Below are positions 1 to 10,916 of a DNA stretch of 64,000 bases, in pieces. Below the pieces are notes generated by a model. That model was not told the DNA's origin and did no database searches. It saw nothing but the letters and a program-made list of their open reading frames with translations. Every line of letters begins with the position of its first letter. Positions within the stretch are counted from its first letter, which is position 1. A program made the translations under genes and the position numbers. The DNA is from Bdellovibrionales bacterium (GTDB taxonomy: Bacteria > Bdellovibrionota > UBA1018 > CAIMNF01): positions 1 through 64,000 of the forward strand of contig JBEIJY010000008.1 of the NCBI GenBank assembly GCA_040380025.1. The letters are read 5' to 3'.

Positions 1-242
1 CTTTTACCTCCGAGCCGGGTCCTCCGGCCTCGCTCTCGCCATCCTGGCTCGCGAGAGTCGGCAAAAATCGAATCATTCCATCCCCCTCTGCCGATCCCGG
101 TCACAACAAAAGCACACTCAAAGGAGGCAGTTTGCTCACTTCAGCGGCAATGATTGTTATTATTTATTAACTTTTTTAGTTGCAAATGAATTTCCGCCCG
201 ATAGGATGGCCCCACGAACACGACGTTCAACAAGGAGAATCC

Positions 243-986
243 ATGAGTCAACGGAATGCAAAATGGTCCATCCCCCTGCTTGGTCTCGGCATCGCCTTGA
301 GCGCCTGCTCGGGCTCGGGTTCCTCGCTCTTGCGCTCGATGAACTTCGAGACCAAACAACAAAACGAAGAAACCCTTCTTCAGCTCTCGACCGAGGTCCA
401 TCTGGGCTCGATGAGCTTGCGAGAAATGCAAATCCCCATTCCGAATCCGCAGGGCGGACTCCCCCTTGGCACGATCGGGCTCGGATCCACTCCCGACGGA
501 AAACAAAAGCTCACGCTCTCTCTTCGCGCCGCGTCTCTTGCCCTGACGAATCTTGCCTCATCGGGCCGCCTTCCGAACGGCCTCCCCCTGCCGGCCGCTC
601 TTTCGTCGGGCGCAATCGGAATTCCGATTTTGAACTCCTCGCAGGTCTATGTGGGCGGAAGTCTCGATTCTTCGGTGGTACTGGGACTTGCACTCACCCT
701 GCCCGCGCTCGATGCGGTCACATCGCGGATTCCGATCTCCTCGAATTATTTTTTTCAGCGCGGGTTCGCCCCGAACCTCCGGGGAATCGCGGGAATTTAC
801 TCGAGCCCCGCCCGTGGCGGAAGCGGCATCGCGATCTTTGCGAATTTCAAATTCAACCCGACCGCCGCATCGCCCGGAAAAATGATGGCGCAAAAAGAGC
901 GGGTCCGGACCACCATGAGCCCCGAGGAACAGCTTTCGCTTCTTCGGTTTTTTGCCGGCGAAGGTCGGGTCTTGAGCCCAGAATAA
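243..986 (+). CDS. Hypothetical lipoprotein
   Basis: ATG at 243 preceded by AAGGAG; signal MSQRNAKWSIPLLGLGIALSAC with lipobox LSAC; no recognised domain. Confidence 0.75.
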   Translation: MSQRNAKWSIPLLGLGIALSACSGSGSSLLRSMNFETKQQNEETLLQLSTEVHLGSMSLREMQIPIPNPQGGLPLGTIGLGSTPDGKQKLTLSLRAASLALTNLASSGRLPNGLPLPAALSSGAIGIPILNSSQVYVGGSLDSSVVLGLALTLPALDAVTSRIPISSNYFFQRGFAPNLRGIAGIYSSPARGGSGIAIFANFKFNPTAASPGKMMAQKERVRTTMSPEEQLSLLRFFAGEGRVLSPE

Positions 987-1037
987 GAATGACGTGAACG
1001 TCCCCCACAGAGCCGATGACCCTCCGGAGGTGTCAGA

Positions 1038-1730
1038 TCATTCCCCCGATCGGAGCCGGGGGGTCTCGGTCTCCAAGCGCTGTTGCAGATCTGCCGTCAT
1101 CTGGATTTTGCGCTCTCGCGGATTCTCAGAAAACCGTTTTCGGTAGGCCGGCAAGTCGAGCGCTGTCACATGCATCCGAAGCGGCTGGAACAAGCGAGGA
1201 AGCGTCTGCCCGGGCTTTTGAATGTGATGAAGCCCGCCACTGTGGCAGATCAGCATCGTGCCCTGATCGAGCCGCTCGATGATGTCGGCGACACCGCCCC
1301 GGATGCTCATTTTTTTTCCGTGCTTGTCGAGCCCGTTCGGGCGCTTCATCCGGCCCTCGGCCGCGATCACGACCAGATCAAGGCCCCGGATCGACGCAAG
1401 ATACCGCTGCCACGAATCATCGCTTTTTCGGGTGACAGGGAACACCCGCGGCAACATGAGCTTGAAGAAAAACCCCACCAAGGGACGCTTGAGCGTGACA
1501 TCTGCGATGGGAAGGTAGATCCGGTCGGCGATCTTCCACAAAAACCCGTACGGAAGCTCGCTCAAAAAGAGCGGCTCATACAGAGAGGTATGATTCAGAA
1601 GGACCATCAACCGGACCCGGTCGAAGTCGATCTCACTCCGACCGGGGTTCCAGGTAAAGTCCGACCGATAAAACACTCCCACCACAGCCTTGATCGAGGC
1701 CAGAATCGCGAACGAAAAAACCCGTCTCAT
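1038..1730 (-). CDS. PlsC-like acyltransferase (1-acyl-sn-glycerol-3-phosphate acyltransferase family)
   Basis: NHTSLYE (HxxxxD/E) and AEGRM motifs; follows nrdA. Confidence 0.75.
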   Translation of the reverse strand: MRRVFSFAILASIKAVVGVFYRSDFTWNPGRSEIDFDRVRLMVLLNHTSLYEPLFLSELPYGFLWKIADRIYLPIADVTLKRPLVGFFFKLMLPRVFPVTRKSDDSWQRYLASIRGLDLVVIAAEGRMKRPNGLDKHGKKMSIRGGVADIIERLDQGTMLICHSGGLHHIQKPGQTLPRLFQPLRMHVTALDLPAYRKRFSENPRERKIQMTADLQQRLETETPRLRSGE

Positions 1731-1749
1731 GCGCTTGGTTCCGGAGAAC

Positions 1750-4149
1750 TCAGCTCCCGCACGAGATGCACTCGTTCGGATTGTCGAGCGAGCAGACGAG
1801 GTCTGCCGCCGTTGCGGCCGAAATCACGCTTCCATCGCCCGCAACGCGGGTCTCGATCGTCGGAGTTTTTTCGGTCTTCGGAGCAGAAGCCTGCTCGACC
1901 GTGAACTTGATCGCATCGGTCGCGGCTTTTGTTCTCAGGTAGTACATGCCGGTCTTCAGTCCGAGCCGCCATGCGGTGAAGTGAAGGGCCGTGAGTTTTG
2001 CGGCGTTCGCGCCCTCCATGTGCACGTTCAGGCTCTGGGACTGATCGATGAAGGGCGAGCGCGAAGCGGCCATCTCGATGATCCGCTTTTGCTTGATCTC
2101 CCAGACCGTCTTGTAGATCTCGCGGATTCCGGCCGGAATCTCCTCGATGTTCTGGATCGACCCGTTGCTGAGAATGATCTTGTCCTTCAGGGCCTTGTTC
2201 CAGAGACCAAGCGAGATCAGGTCCTGGACCAGATGCTTGTTGATCACCGTGAACTCGCCCGAGAGCACCCGGCGCGTGTAGAGGTTCGAGGTAATCGGCT
2301 CGATGCACTCGTTGTTGCCCAGAATCTGCGAGGTGCTCGCGGTCGGCATGGGTGCCAGAAGAAGGCTGTTTCGCGCCCCGTGCTTGGCCACGCGCGCCTT
2401 CAGCGCAGTCCATTCCCAAAGGTCCGTCGGCGTCACCCGCCACAGATCAAACTGCATGAGCCCCTGCGAAAGCGGCGACCCCGGATACGATTCGTAGGCG
2501 CCGTCCTTTTCGGCGAGCTCGGAGCTGGCCGAAAGCGCGGCATAATAAATCGTCTCGAAGATCTGCTGATTCAGGAGATTCGCCTCGTCCGACTCGAAGG
2601 CAAGACGCATCTTGAAGAACGTGTCCGCAAGCCCCTGCACGCCGATTCCGATCGGACGATGGCGGCGATTGGAGTATTCGGCCTCGGGGACCGGATAATA
2701 ATTGCGGTCGATCACGCGGTTCAGGTTGATCGTCACCTGGCGGGTCACCTCGGCGAGCTTCTGGAAGTCGAACTTGCCGTCCTTCACGAACTTCGGCAGT
2801 GCGATCGAGGCCAGATTGCACACGGCAATCTCTTTGTCGGAGGTGTACTGGATGATCTCGGTGCAAAGATTCGAGGACTTGATCGTACCGAGATTCTTCT
2901 GGTTCGACTTCTCGTTCGCCGCATCCTTGTAGAGCATGAAGGGAGAGCCGGTTTCGATCTGCGACTCGATGATCACGCCCCAGAGCTCGCGGGCCTTGAC
3001 CTGACGCTTGAAGCGCTTTTCTTGCTCGTATTTGAGGTACAGGTCTTCGAACGCATCGCCGTACACCTCGCTGAGCCCCGGAGCCTCATGCGGACAGAAC
3101 AGCGACCACATTTCGTCTTTTTCGACCCGCTCCATGAACAGATCGTTCGTCCAAAGAGCATAGAAGAGATCCCGCGCACGCAGTTCTTCTTTGCCGAAGT
3201 TCTTCTTCAGTTCGAGGAAGTCGAAAATGTCGGCATGCCAGGGCTCGAGGTAAATCGCAAAGGCGCCCTTGCGCTTCCCGCCGCCCTGATCGACATAGCG
3301 GGCGGTGTCGTTGAACACGCGAAGCATCGGAACCAGCCCGTTGCTGGTTCCGTTCGTGCCCTTGATGAAGCTCCCCTTCGCGCGAATGTTGTGGATCGAA
3401 AGCCCGATGCCCCCGGCACTTTGCGAGATGAGGGCGCACTGTTTGAGCGTCTCGTAAATGCCGTCGATCGAGTCTTCCCGCATGGCAAGAAGAAAGCACG
3501 ATGACATCTGGGCTTTGAAGGTCCCGGCATTGAAGAGCGTGGGAGACGCATGGGTGAAATACCCCGTGCTCATTTGCTCGTAGGTGCGGAAGGCCTGTTC
3601 GAAATCCTCTTGGTGGATTCCGAGGGCGACCCGCATGAGCATGTACTGCGGACGCTCGGCGATTTTTCCGCCTGCCCGGAGCAGGTAGGACTTCTCGAGG
3701 GTCTTGAACCCGAAGTAATCATACTCGAAGTCCCGCACGTGCTTGATCGTCTGGTTGATCTTGTCGGCGTTCGCCATCACGAGCCGGTACAGTTCCTCGC
3801 TCACGAGCGGTGCCGGCTCATCGGTGAACTCCGAACGATTGTTGTAAAGCAGTTCGATGCACTCGCTGAAGGTCTGCGGCGTGTAGCGATGCAGGTTCGA
3901 GACGAGAATCCGCGCTCCGAGCGTGGAATAATCGGGGTGCGTGCTCGAGAGGTAGGCACAGGTCTCGGCCGAGAGCACGTCGAGCTCCTGGGTCGTGATT
4001 CCGTCGTACATGCCCTCAATCGTCTTTTGCGCCACGACGATCGGATCGATGTATTTCTCGTTCAAACCGATCGCAAGGTTCTGGATGCGGTTCGTGATCT
4101 TGTCAAAGCTTACGTTTTCAGATTTTCCTGAGCGTGTGATGACTTTCAT
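1750..4149 (-). CDS. nrdA: Class Ia ribonucleoside-diphosphate reductase alpha subunit with ATP cone
   Basis: N-terminal ATP cone [40 protein letters not shown]-terminal CISCGS. Confidence 0.97.
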   Translation of the reverse strand: MKVITRSGKSENVSFDKITNRIQNLAIGLNEKYIDPIVVAQKTIEGMYDGITTQELDVLSAETCAYLSSTHPDYSTLGARILVSNLHRYTPQTFSECIELLYNNRSEFTDEPAPLVSEELYRLVMANADKINQTIKHVRDFEYDYFGFKTLEKSYLLRAGGKIAERPQYMLMRVALGIHQEDFEQAFRTYEQMSTGYFTHASPTLFNAGTFKAQMSSCFLLAMREDSIDGIYETLKQCALISQSAGGIGLSIHNIRAKGSFIKGTNGTSNGLVPMLRVFNDTARYVDQGGGKRKGAFAIYLEPWHADIFDFLELKKNFGKEELRARDLFYALWTNDLFMERVEKDEMWSLFCPHEAPGLSEVYGDAFEDLYLKYEQEKRFKRQVKARELWGVIIESQIETGSPFMLYKDAANEKSNQKNLGTIKSSNLCTEIIQYTSDKEIAVCNLASIALPKFVKDGKFDFQKLAEVTRQVTINLNRVIDRNYYPVPEAEYSNRRHRPIGIGVQGLADTFFKMRLAFESDEANLLNQQIFETIYYAALSASSELAEKDGAYESYPGSPLSQGLMQFDLWRVTPTDLWEWTALKARVAKHGARNSLLLAPMPTASTSQILGNNECIEPITSNLYTRRVLSGEFTVINKHLVQDLISLGLWNKALKDKIILSNGSIQNIEEIPAGIREIYKTVWEIKQKRIIEMAASRSPFIDQSQSLNVHMEGANAAKLTALHFTAWRLGLKTGMYYLRTKAATDAIKFTVEQASAPKTEKTPTIETRVAGDGSVISAATAADLVCSLDNPNECISCGS

Positions 4150-4164
4150 GTTTTCTCTCCCGTT

Positions 4165-5265
4165 TTAGAAATCAATGGTGTTGCCGAAACCGAAGGAACC
4201 GTGATTCTCGACCGGATTCGCGTTCAGAACGCCGGCCTTCTGGTATTCGGATACTTTTTTCTCGAAGAAGTTGGTTTTTCCCTGAAGACTGATGAGCTCC
4301 ATCCAGTCGAACGGATTCTGGCTTCCGTAATGGCGTGACGAAACGCCCAGACTCCGGAGCAAACGATCGGCCACGAACTCGATGTATTGGGTCATCATCT
4401 TCGCGTTCATGCCGATCAGCGAGACCGGAAGGGACTCACTCACGAATTCCTTCTCGATCTCGACGGCCTCGGTCACGATCTCGAGGATCCGGGATTCCGG
4501 GATTTTTTCGAGCATGCCGTAGAGCAAGCAGGCGAAATCGGTGTGAAGCCCCTCATCGCGGCTGATCAGCTCGTTCGAAAAGGTGAGCCCCGGCATGAGT
4601 CCGCGCTTTTTCAGCCAGAAGATCGAACAGAAGCTCCCCGAAAAGAAGATCCCCTCGACGCACGCGAACGCAATCAGCCGCTCGGCGAAACTGTTCGAGG
4701 ACTCGATCCATTTCATGGCCCATTCGGCCTTCTTTTTGACCGAGGGAATGTGCCGGATGGCGTTGAAGAGGTAGTCTTTTTCTTTGGAGTTCTGGATGTA
4801 GGTGTCGATCAGGAGCCCGTAGGTCTCGGAATGGATGTTTTCCATCGCGATCTGGAACCCGTAAAAACACCGCGCCTCGGGGATCGGCACATCCCGGTAG
4901 AATCGAAGCGCGAGGTTCTCGTTCACGATGCCGTCACTTGCCGAAAAGAACGCAAGAACGTGCGAGATGTAGTGGCGCTCCTCGGCCGAGAGCCTGCGCC
5001 AGTCGTTCAGGTCCTGATACAGGTCGATCTCTTCGGCCGTCCAAAAGGAGGCCATGGCTTTTTTATAAAAATTCCAGATTTCCGGGAACTGGATCGGCAT
5101 CAGAACAAAGCGCGATTCATCCTGAAACGCCGAGAAATCCTTGAGACCGGAGATTTTCGCAGACGCACCTTGCGCAAGATCGGTCTCGTCTTGATTGGTT
5201 GTGTTTTTGGTCGGCATGTTTTGATTCGGTTTCATTGCGATGTTGGTTTCTTCCATGATTTTCAT
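4165..5265 (-). CDS. nrdB: Class Ia ribonucleotide reductase beta subunit
   Basis: [17 protein letters not shown] (radical Tyr), [23 protein letters not shown]. Confidence 0.97.
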   Translation of the reverse strand: MKIMEETNIAMKPNQNMPTKNTTNQDETDLAQGASAKISGLKDFSAFQDESRFVLMPIQFPEIWNFYKKAMASFWTAEEIDLYQDLNDWRRLSAEERHYISHVLAFFSASDGIVNENLALRFYRDVPIPEARCFYGFQIAMENIHSETYGLLIDTYIQNSKEKDYLFNAIRHIPSVKKKAEWAMKWIESSNSFAERLIAFACVEGIFFSGSFCSIFWLKKRGLMPGLTFSNELISRDEGLHTDFACLLYGMLEKIPESRILEIVTEAVEIEKEFVSESLPVSLIGMNAKMMTQYIEFVADRLLRSLGVSSRHYGSQNPFDWMELISLQGKTNFFEKKVSEYQKAGVLNANPVENHGSFGFGNTIDF

Positions 5266-5504
5266 ACCCCTTGCGTTTTATTCTGTGTTTTCGCAATCCG
5301 CACGGAATCCGAGGCAAAAGCGTACCCTGAGCGAGCTTTGCCGCATCGGCACTGCTCCCCTTCGGGTTCGAAAAAACCGCTTCGTTCGTGATCCCCCGCG
5401 AATTCATTCCCCTGATGTTCGGATTCAGTATCGAAAGAGCCCGATTCCGACAACCCGGGAACGTTTTGCCACTCCTCCGTCAGGTTCCCTTGATCACCCT
5501 TGGC

Positions 5505-5550
5505 TGTCAATTAGTAGTGGTGCGAAATTCCGAGACACTACTTATTGCGT
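5505..5550. promoter_or_regulatory. Pair of NrdR-box-like sites overlapping a minus-strand -35 (TTGACA) upstream of nrdB
   Basis: 5535-5550 ACACTACTTATTGCGT has 3 mismatches to acaCwAtATaTwGtgt; 5505-5520 reads CCACTACTAATTGACA on the minus strand; 30 bp apart. Confidence 0.5.
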
Positions 5551-5736
5551 CTTTTAGACGAATTTTTTGGGTGCGCAGTGCATAAAAAAACAAAAGACAG
5601 AGCGCGTTAGCTCAAAGAGTCAATTTTGCTCCAGAGCCCGGCCCCGGACGCAAAAAAGAAGCAAGTAGCGGGAATCACAAGTGAAGCGAATCAAAGTTTC
5701 TTGACGATCCGGCCCGAAGCCGGTAGCTCTAAGATC

Positions 5737-6381
5737 ATGACAACGAAAATCGTTAAATTGGGATTTGCCTGCGCCCTTCTCACCCTTGCCTCGTGCCGGT
5801 ACTCGAATGAGTTCACCGGGACCTACAACCAACAACCCGCAACGCTGAGCGCATTCTCGAAAAATACCGACAAGTTCTGCATCGACCTTACCCTCAAGAG
5901 CAACTCCGAGACAAAAACCTCCCAGATTTCAGCGCGCGCAGTGTACGACGAAAATGACTTTCAGCGCACCAAGTCATTCAATACCAAGACCGAGGCCTGC
6001 GGCTCGAAGCTCCCCGAATACCTGGTCGGAAGTCGCTCGACCAAAATTGTCCAAGTGGCAACCTCCGCACGCCAGGAGCTTTCGGGCGGGGGCCTTTGCC
6101 ACCTGGTGTTTTATCCGCAGTATTTTTATCAAGAGATGATTCAATTCGAATTCCGGAACCGCCTCACCGATCAGACCACCGGAAGCTTTGCCGGAGAAGG
6201 CATCGTTGATTCGTATGTCGACTACACTCGCCCGAGCGGATTCGGTCCCTACTTTCCGTGCAATGGCGTCTACCCGCGCCCGTATCCAGGGTATCCGAAT
6301 CCGGGCTTCCCCGGCTATCCGCCTTTTCCTCGCACTTTCTCTAGCCCGGACCTTCCGATCGACGTAGAATCGGAGTCATGA
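5737..6381 (+). CDS. Hypothetical lipoprotein with Pro/Gly/Tyr-rich C-terminal tail
   Basis: MTTKIVKLGFACALLTLASC lipobox LASC; stop overlaps next start (ATGA). Confidence 0.75.
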   Translation: MTTKIVKLGFACALLTLASCRYSNEFTGTYNQQPATLSAFSKNTDKFCIDLTLKSNSETKTSQISARAVYDENDFQRTKSFNTKTEACGSKLPEYLVGSRSTKIVQVATSARQELSGGGLCHLVFYPQYFYQEMIQFEFRNRLTDQTTGSFAGEGIVDSYVDYTRPSGFGPYFPCNGVYPRPYPGYPNPGFPGYPPFPRTFSSPDLPIDVESES

Positions 6382-8159
6382 ACTACTTCTCCGACTCGTC
6401 CGAGTGGAAATTCCTGTTCCGAAACGCGATCCAGTGGGATGAAATCCTCCCTCTGTACTACCCTTCGTTTCCGACCGCTTCGGGATTCAACTCGAAAGAA
6501 GAGCTTCTGCAGTTTTTCGAGCAGATCCTCGACACCACCGGAAAATGGTCGGGCGAAACCCTGCGCGAACGCGCGGCCGAGCTCGATCTTCAGGGGTGTG
6601 CGACCCTGAATGCGGACGGATCGGTCTCGCTGAATGAGGCGATCTCGAAAACCTACCAGGAAGCGGCGAAACTGGACCTGATCGGAACCTGCCTTCCGGA
6701 GCAATTCGGGGGCCTGGGACTGCCGCTTTCGGTCGGCATGGTGGCCTTCGAGCAAATCGCGCGTGCGTGCATCTCGACCAGCACCCAGCTCGGATTCTTT
6801 ACGAGCATGGGCGACATGATCGAGCGTTTTTGCGACGAAGAAACGAAGCAACGACTGATTCCGAAGATCATCCGGGGCGAGATCAGCGGCGCCATGTGCC
6901 TGACCGAGCCGGATGCCGGATCGGATGTGGGCTCCCTCCGCACCTCGGCCACCCCGCAAGCGGATGGCACCTATCTTTTGAATGGTACGAAGTGCTTCAT
7001 CACGAATGCCGGCGGCGGGTTCGGCATGATTCTCGCGCGCATCAAAGGGGCACCCGAGGGACTTGCGGGGATTTCGCTCTTTTTGGCCGAAGAAAAGCTC
7101 GACGGAAAGCAAAACTACCGGATCACGAAAATCGAAGACAAGATGGGCATGCACGGCTCGATGACCTGTGAGGTCGTCTACGAGAACACCGTGGCGCGAC
7201 TCGTGGGCGAAGAGCACGGCGGATTCAAGCTCATGCTCCACCTGATGAACGAGGCGCGCATCTCGGTGGGCCTGCAAAGCATCGGCGGCATCGAGGCCGG
7301 ACTCGAGCGGGCGAAAGAATACGCCGAGGTCCGCACCCAGTTCGGAAAGCCCCTGCTGAAGCTCCCGCTCTTCCATCGCAACTTCGAGGACTGGGAAACC
7401 GAGCAGGACGCCTTCCGCGCGCTCATGGCGGATACCATTTCTTCATTTGATGTTTTTCAAAAACTCGACCTGAAGACCCGTCACGGAGGCGAGCTGACCG
7501 AGGCTGAACAAAGACTCTTCCGCAAGCATCACGAAATCGTGCGAGCCCGCACCCCGCTCGTCAAATACACCGGCGCCGAAAGCTATGCCACCCTCTCGAT
7601 CAAGGCGATCCAGGCCTTCGGCGGATACGGCTACATGCGCGAATATGGTGTCGAGCGGATCCATCGCGACAGCTTCGGTGCACTTTTGTATGAGGGAACC
7701 TCGCAGATCCAGTCCTTGATGGCGCTGAAAGACCACATCAAGAAGATCATGAAGAACCCGACCCGGTTCGTGCAGTCGATGGTGGCTTCGCATCCGATCG
7801 GATCCCTGATCGAGAAGAACGAGTTCAAAAAAACCTACACCCAGCTCCAATACGAGTTCCAAAAAAATCTCGCTTCGCTGATCCTGAGGTGCTTCACCCC
7901 GGGAACCGGGCTTCTCGAGAAGCTCACGCATCTGAATGATTTTTTCCATCGCGAGTTCTGGCAGGACTCCGAAAAACTCGACCGCATGATGACCCACGCC
8001 GAGACGCTCTGTCAGGCGCTCAGCACCCTCGAGATCGTGAAGGTACTGGGCAAGCATGCCGAGAAGGACGCCTCCCGGAGAGCGCTCTTCCATCGCTACC
8101 TCCTGCTTGCCAGGCCGAGACTCCACGCGATCTATCAGGACTGGGAAAACCGGAGCTGA
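6378..8159 (+). CDS. Acyl-CoA dehydrogenase family protein
   Basis: MCLTEPDAGSD, NGTKCFIT, EDKMGMHGS, QAFGGYGY, LYEGTSQIQ. Confidence 0.93.
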   Translation: MNYFSDSSEWKFLFRNAIQWDEILPLYYPSFPTASGFNSKEELLQFFEQILDTTGKWSGETLRERAAELDLQGCATLNADGSVSLNEAISKTYQEAAKLDLIGTCLPEQFGGLGLPLSVGMVAFEQIARACISTSTQLGFFTSMGDMIERFCDEETKQRLIPKIIRGEISGAMCLTEPDAGSDVGSLRTSATPQADGTYLLNGTKCFITNAGGGFGMILARIKGAPEGLAGISLFLAEEKLDGKQNYRITKIEDKMGMHGSMTCEVVYENTVARLVGEEHGGFKLMLHLMNEARISVGLQSIGGIEAGLERAKEYAEVRTQFGKPLLKLPLFHRNFEDWETEQDAFRALMADTISSFDVFQKLDLKTRHGGELTEAEQRLFRKHHEIVRARTPLVKYTGAESYATLSIKAIQAFGGYGYMREYGVERIHRDSFGALLYEGTSQIQSLMALKDHIKKIMKNPTRFVQSMVASHPIGSLIEKNEFKKTYTQLQYEFQKNLASLILRCFTPGTGLLEKLTHLNDFFHREFWQDSEKLDRMMTHAETLCQALSTLEIVKVLGKHAEKDASRRALFHRYLLLARPRLHAIYQDWENRS

Positions 8160-8192
8160 TTCGCGCTCCCAGGCGGGTCGGCACCTTTCGGA

Positions 8193-8221
8193 TTGAAACT
8201 TCCTGCGCTCCCCCTTAGGCT
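8193..8221 (+). promoter_or_regulatory. sigma70-type promoter directly before a probable leaderless start
   Basis: TTGAAA-17-TAGGCT; ATG at 8229 is 7 nt downstream with no SD. Confidence 0.55.
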
Positions 8222-8228
8222 TGAGCGC

Positions 8229-9836
8229 ATGTCGACCCTGATCTCGCACGTCCAGACCCAGAGCACGGAGTTCAAATCAAACGAGGCGTTTCACCGGAGC
8301 GAAGCCGATCGGCTGGAAGAGACGCTCTTCAAGGTTCGCGAAGGAGGCGGCCCGGAGCTTCGAAAGAAGCATGAAGCGCGGGGCAAGCTGTTCGTGCGCG
8401 ATCGGATCCGGAACCTGATCGACCCTGGCACTCCCTTTTTGGAGCTGAGCCCCCTTGCCGCGCACGGCATGTATGACGGAGCGGCACCGGGAGCGGGCAT
8501 CGTGACCGGCGTGGGACTCGTGCATGGACGCGAGGTGATGATCATCGCAAACGATGCGACGGTGAAGGGCGGCACGTATTTTCCGATGACCGTGAAGAAG
8601 CACCTTCGCGCCCAAGAAGTCGCGCGCGAGAACCACCTTCCTTGCGTGTATCTGGTCGACTCGGGCGGGGCGTTTCTGCCGCTTCAATCGGAGGTGTTTC
8701 CGGACAAAGAGCACTTCGGCCGCATTTTCTACAACCAAGCCACCCTCTCGGCCGCAGGCATTCCCCAGATCGCCGTCGTAATGGGCTCCTGCACCGCGGG
8801 CGGCGCCTACGTGCCGGCCATGAGCGAGCAGACGATCATCGTGAAAAACCAAGGCACGATTTTTTTGGGAGGTCCCCCGCTCGTGAAGGCCGCAACCGGC
8901 GAAGTGGTGAGCGCCGAAGAGCTCGGCGGCGGCGATACCCATTCGCGCATCTCGGGAGTGGCCGATTACCTTGCCGAAAACGACGAGCATGCGATCGAGC
9001 TTGCCCGCGAGGCCGTGCTTCATCTGAACCGGCCGGCTCCTCACGGTCTTGAGCGGGCCACCCCCGAAGAGCCGCTTTATGATCCGGCCGAGATCGCGGG
9101 AATCCTCCCGAAGGATCTCCGCCAGCCATTTGAGATCCGCGAGATCATCGCACGCCTCGTGGACGGGTCGAGATTCCATGAGTTCAAGCCGCTCTACGGG
9201 ACGACGCTCGTCACGGGCTTTGCGCATCTGCACGGAATGCCGGTCGGAATTCTCGCGAACAACGGGATTCTTTTCTCGGAGAGTTCGCTGAAGGGCGCGC
9301 ACTTCATCGAGCTTTGTGCCCAACGGAAGATCCCGCTTTTGTTCTTGCAGAACATCACGGGCTTCATGGTCGGAAAAAAATACGAGCATGGCGGAATCGC
9401 CAAAGACGGCGCGAAGCTCGTCACCGCGGTATCGACCGCGCAGGTTCCGAAGATCACCCTCCTGGTGGGCGGATCGTTCGGCGCCGGGAACTACGGCATG
9501 TGCGGGCGCGCCTTCGGGCCAAGATTCCTCTTCATGTGGCCGAACTCGAAGATCAGCGTGATGGGAGGAGAACAGGCCGCCAACGTGCTCTCGACGGTCA
9601 AGATCGAGCAACTCCAGGCGGCCGGAAAAACCCTCTCCCCGGGCGAGATCTCGGCCATTCAATCGCCGATTCAGGAGCAGTACGAGCGCGAGGGTTCGCC
9701 GTATTTTTCGAGCGCGCGCCTTTGGGATGACGGTGTGATCCTCCCTTGGAAGAGCCGTTCCCACCTGGCACTTGCCCTCAGCACCTCGCTGAACGCTCCC
9801 ATTCCCGAGACGAAGTTCGGGACATTCCGGATGTAG
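8229..9836 (+). CDS. Carboxyltransferase subunit, methylcrotonyl-CoA carboxylase beta (MccB/LiuB) type
   Basis: [63 protein letters not shown] end. Confidence 0.92.
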   Translation: MSTLISHVQTQSTEFKSNEAFHRSEADRLEETLFKVREGGGPELRKKHEARGKLFVRDRIRNLIDPGTPFLELSPLAAHGMYDGAAPGAGIVTGVGLVHGREVMIIANDATVKGGTYFPMTVKKHLRAQEVARENHLPCVYLVDSGGAFLPLQSEVFPDKEHFGRIFYNQATLSAAGIPQIAVVMGSCTAGGAYVPAMSEQTIIVKNQGTIFLGGPPLVKAATGEVVSAEELGGGDTHSRISGVADYLAENDEHAIELAREAVLHLNRPAPHGLERATPEEPLYDPAEIAGILPKDLRQPFEIREIIARLVDGSRFHEFKPLYGTTLVTGFAHLHGMPVGILANNGILFSESSLKGAHFIELCAQRKIPLLFLQNITGFMVGKKYEHGGIAKDGAKLVTAVSTAQVPKITLLVGGSFGAGNYGMCGRAFGPRFLFMWPNSKISVMGGEQAANVLSTVKIEQLQAAGKTLSPGEISAIQSPIQEQYEREGSPYFSSARLWDDGVILPWKSRSHLALALSTSLNAPIPETKFGTFRM

Positions 9837-9963
9837 AGTTCAGTGGAACCAATGAACCACGCACCTGAAGTTCAGTTTGTATTTTTTACAAATCTGGCCC
9901 ATGAATAAACTATTTCAATTTATTTAAAAATCCAAGCGCCCAGGCAAGTTCGCCGGCTTTTAA

Positions 9964-9992
9964 TTGACAATAAGAATCCACTTTGGTACCCT
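9964..9992 (+). promoter_or_regulatory. sigma70-type promoter before a probable leaderless GTG start
   Basis: TTGACA-17-TACCCT with TGn extension; GTG at 9999 is 6 nt downstream. Confidence 0.6.
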
Positions 9993-9998
9993 CCTTCC

Positions 9999-10532
9999 GT
10001 GGTTCTGCGAATACTGACGGTCGCCTTGTTCTGGCTTTGTAGTGGCTCATGGTCGAATGCGGCCTCTCCAGACTTGACTGATTCGACCGAAGAAACCGTA
10101 ATCTCGATAATTTTCACGCTCCGGTCCGAAAAAAACCTTCCCCCGATCCAGAGAAACGATGTCTTGAACCGCGTTGCCGGCCGGGTTTCGAGCGCAAATC
10201 TCGAGCGAGAGAACTTCATTAGCCACACCGATCAGAACGGAAAAACCCTTTTGGACCGAACAGAGGAGGAGGCTTACCCGGGAGCAGCGGGCGAAATCGT
10301 CGCAGTAATTCTTCAACCCTGCTCAAAGGCGCAAGAAAAAGACTTTGTTCCACATGTCGCCGAATCGTTCAAAAGACTCATCCGTGGATCGCCGGGTCAC
10401 TATGACATTCTGATTTCAGCCCATAATAATTGGAACGAATACGGAATCTCCCTTCTCGAAACCGTTGTGACCCGTTCAGGACAGTGCTTTAAAAAGTTCT
10501 CCCTCGCACTGGTCATGGGGTTGCAAAATTAA
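9999..10532 (+). CDS. Secreted CAP/SCP domain protein
   Basis: Signal peptide; LRSEKNLPP, FISHTDQNG, GEIVA, SPGHYDIL resemble CAP motifs. Confidence 0.75.
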   Translation: MVLRILTVALFWLCSGSWSNAASPDLTDSTEETVISIIFTLRSEKNLPPIQRNDVLNRVAGRVSSANLERENFISHTDQNGKTLLDRTEEEAYPGAAGEIVAVILQPCSKAQEKDFVPHVAESFKRLIRGSPGHYDILISAHNNWNEYGISLLETVVTRSGQCFKKFSLALVMGLQN

Positions 10533-10560
10533 AAACCCCCGACAGCAGCGCCGCCGGGGG
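10531..10560 (-). terminator. Intrinsic terminator for the low-GC minus-strand gene(s)
   Basis: Minus strand CCCCCGGCGGC-GCT-GCTGTCGGGGG followed by TTTTT (two G-U pairs). Confidence 0.75.
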
Positions 10561-10595
10561 TGAAACCAGAACCAGGATTGATTCTGATTTTTGGC

Positions 10596-10916
10596 TTAAT
10601 TAAATCTCGGGCAGCTTCCATTCATTTTGCGCCCTCTTCTCCCCTTCCAACTTCTCGTTTTCCCTCCACCCCCGGGTTTTTTCACTTTATCGTCGTTCAT
10701 AAAGACCTCCAGGGAGTAGCACTGATACACGATTCCATTCTCGGATTTGGGCTTCAGAGGATCGGTCGAATTTACAAGAATCACTGCTTCTTCGCCCGGG
10801 ACTGTTTGCGGCAGTCCGGGCACCTCACAGCTGTAAGAAATCTCGATCTCCGCTCTTCGAAACTTCTCGAGATATTGGTCTACTTTCTTCTTATCCGTTA
10901 CCGCTGGATATTTCAT
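10596..10916 (-). CDS. Probable C-terminal fragment of the upstream secreted protein, or a coupled small gene
   Basis: ATG overlaps upstream TGA (ATGA); contains FRRAEIEI resembling the OmpA-C RRVEI strand. Confidence 0.5.
   Translation of the reverse strand: MKYPAVTDKKKVDQYLEKFRRAEIEISYSCEVPGLPQTVPGEEAVILVNSTDPLKPKSENGIVYQCYSLEVFMNDDKVKKPGGGGKTRSWKGRRGRKMNGSCPRFN

Noticed and set aside
146..164. Fur-box-like GGCAATGATTGTTATTATT
   Set aside because: 13/19 match in an AT-rich patch with no iron-related gene visible; too weak
1690..3504. Long antisense ORFs (also 8277-9764, 29736-31322, 48888-50570, 50625-52223, 53445-54863, 57288-59186)
   Set aside because: They lie opposite well-conserved genes, have no recognisable motifs, and are expected from GC-rich codon bias
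5266..5480. Cobalamin or c-di-GMP riboswitch in the nrdB leader
   Set aside because: No B12 box or GEMM consensus could be found by eye; only a generic hairpin
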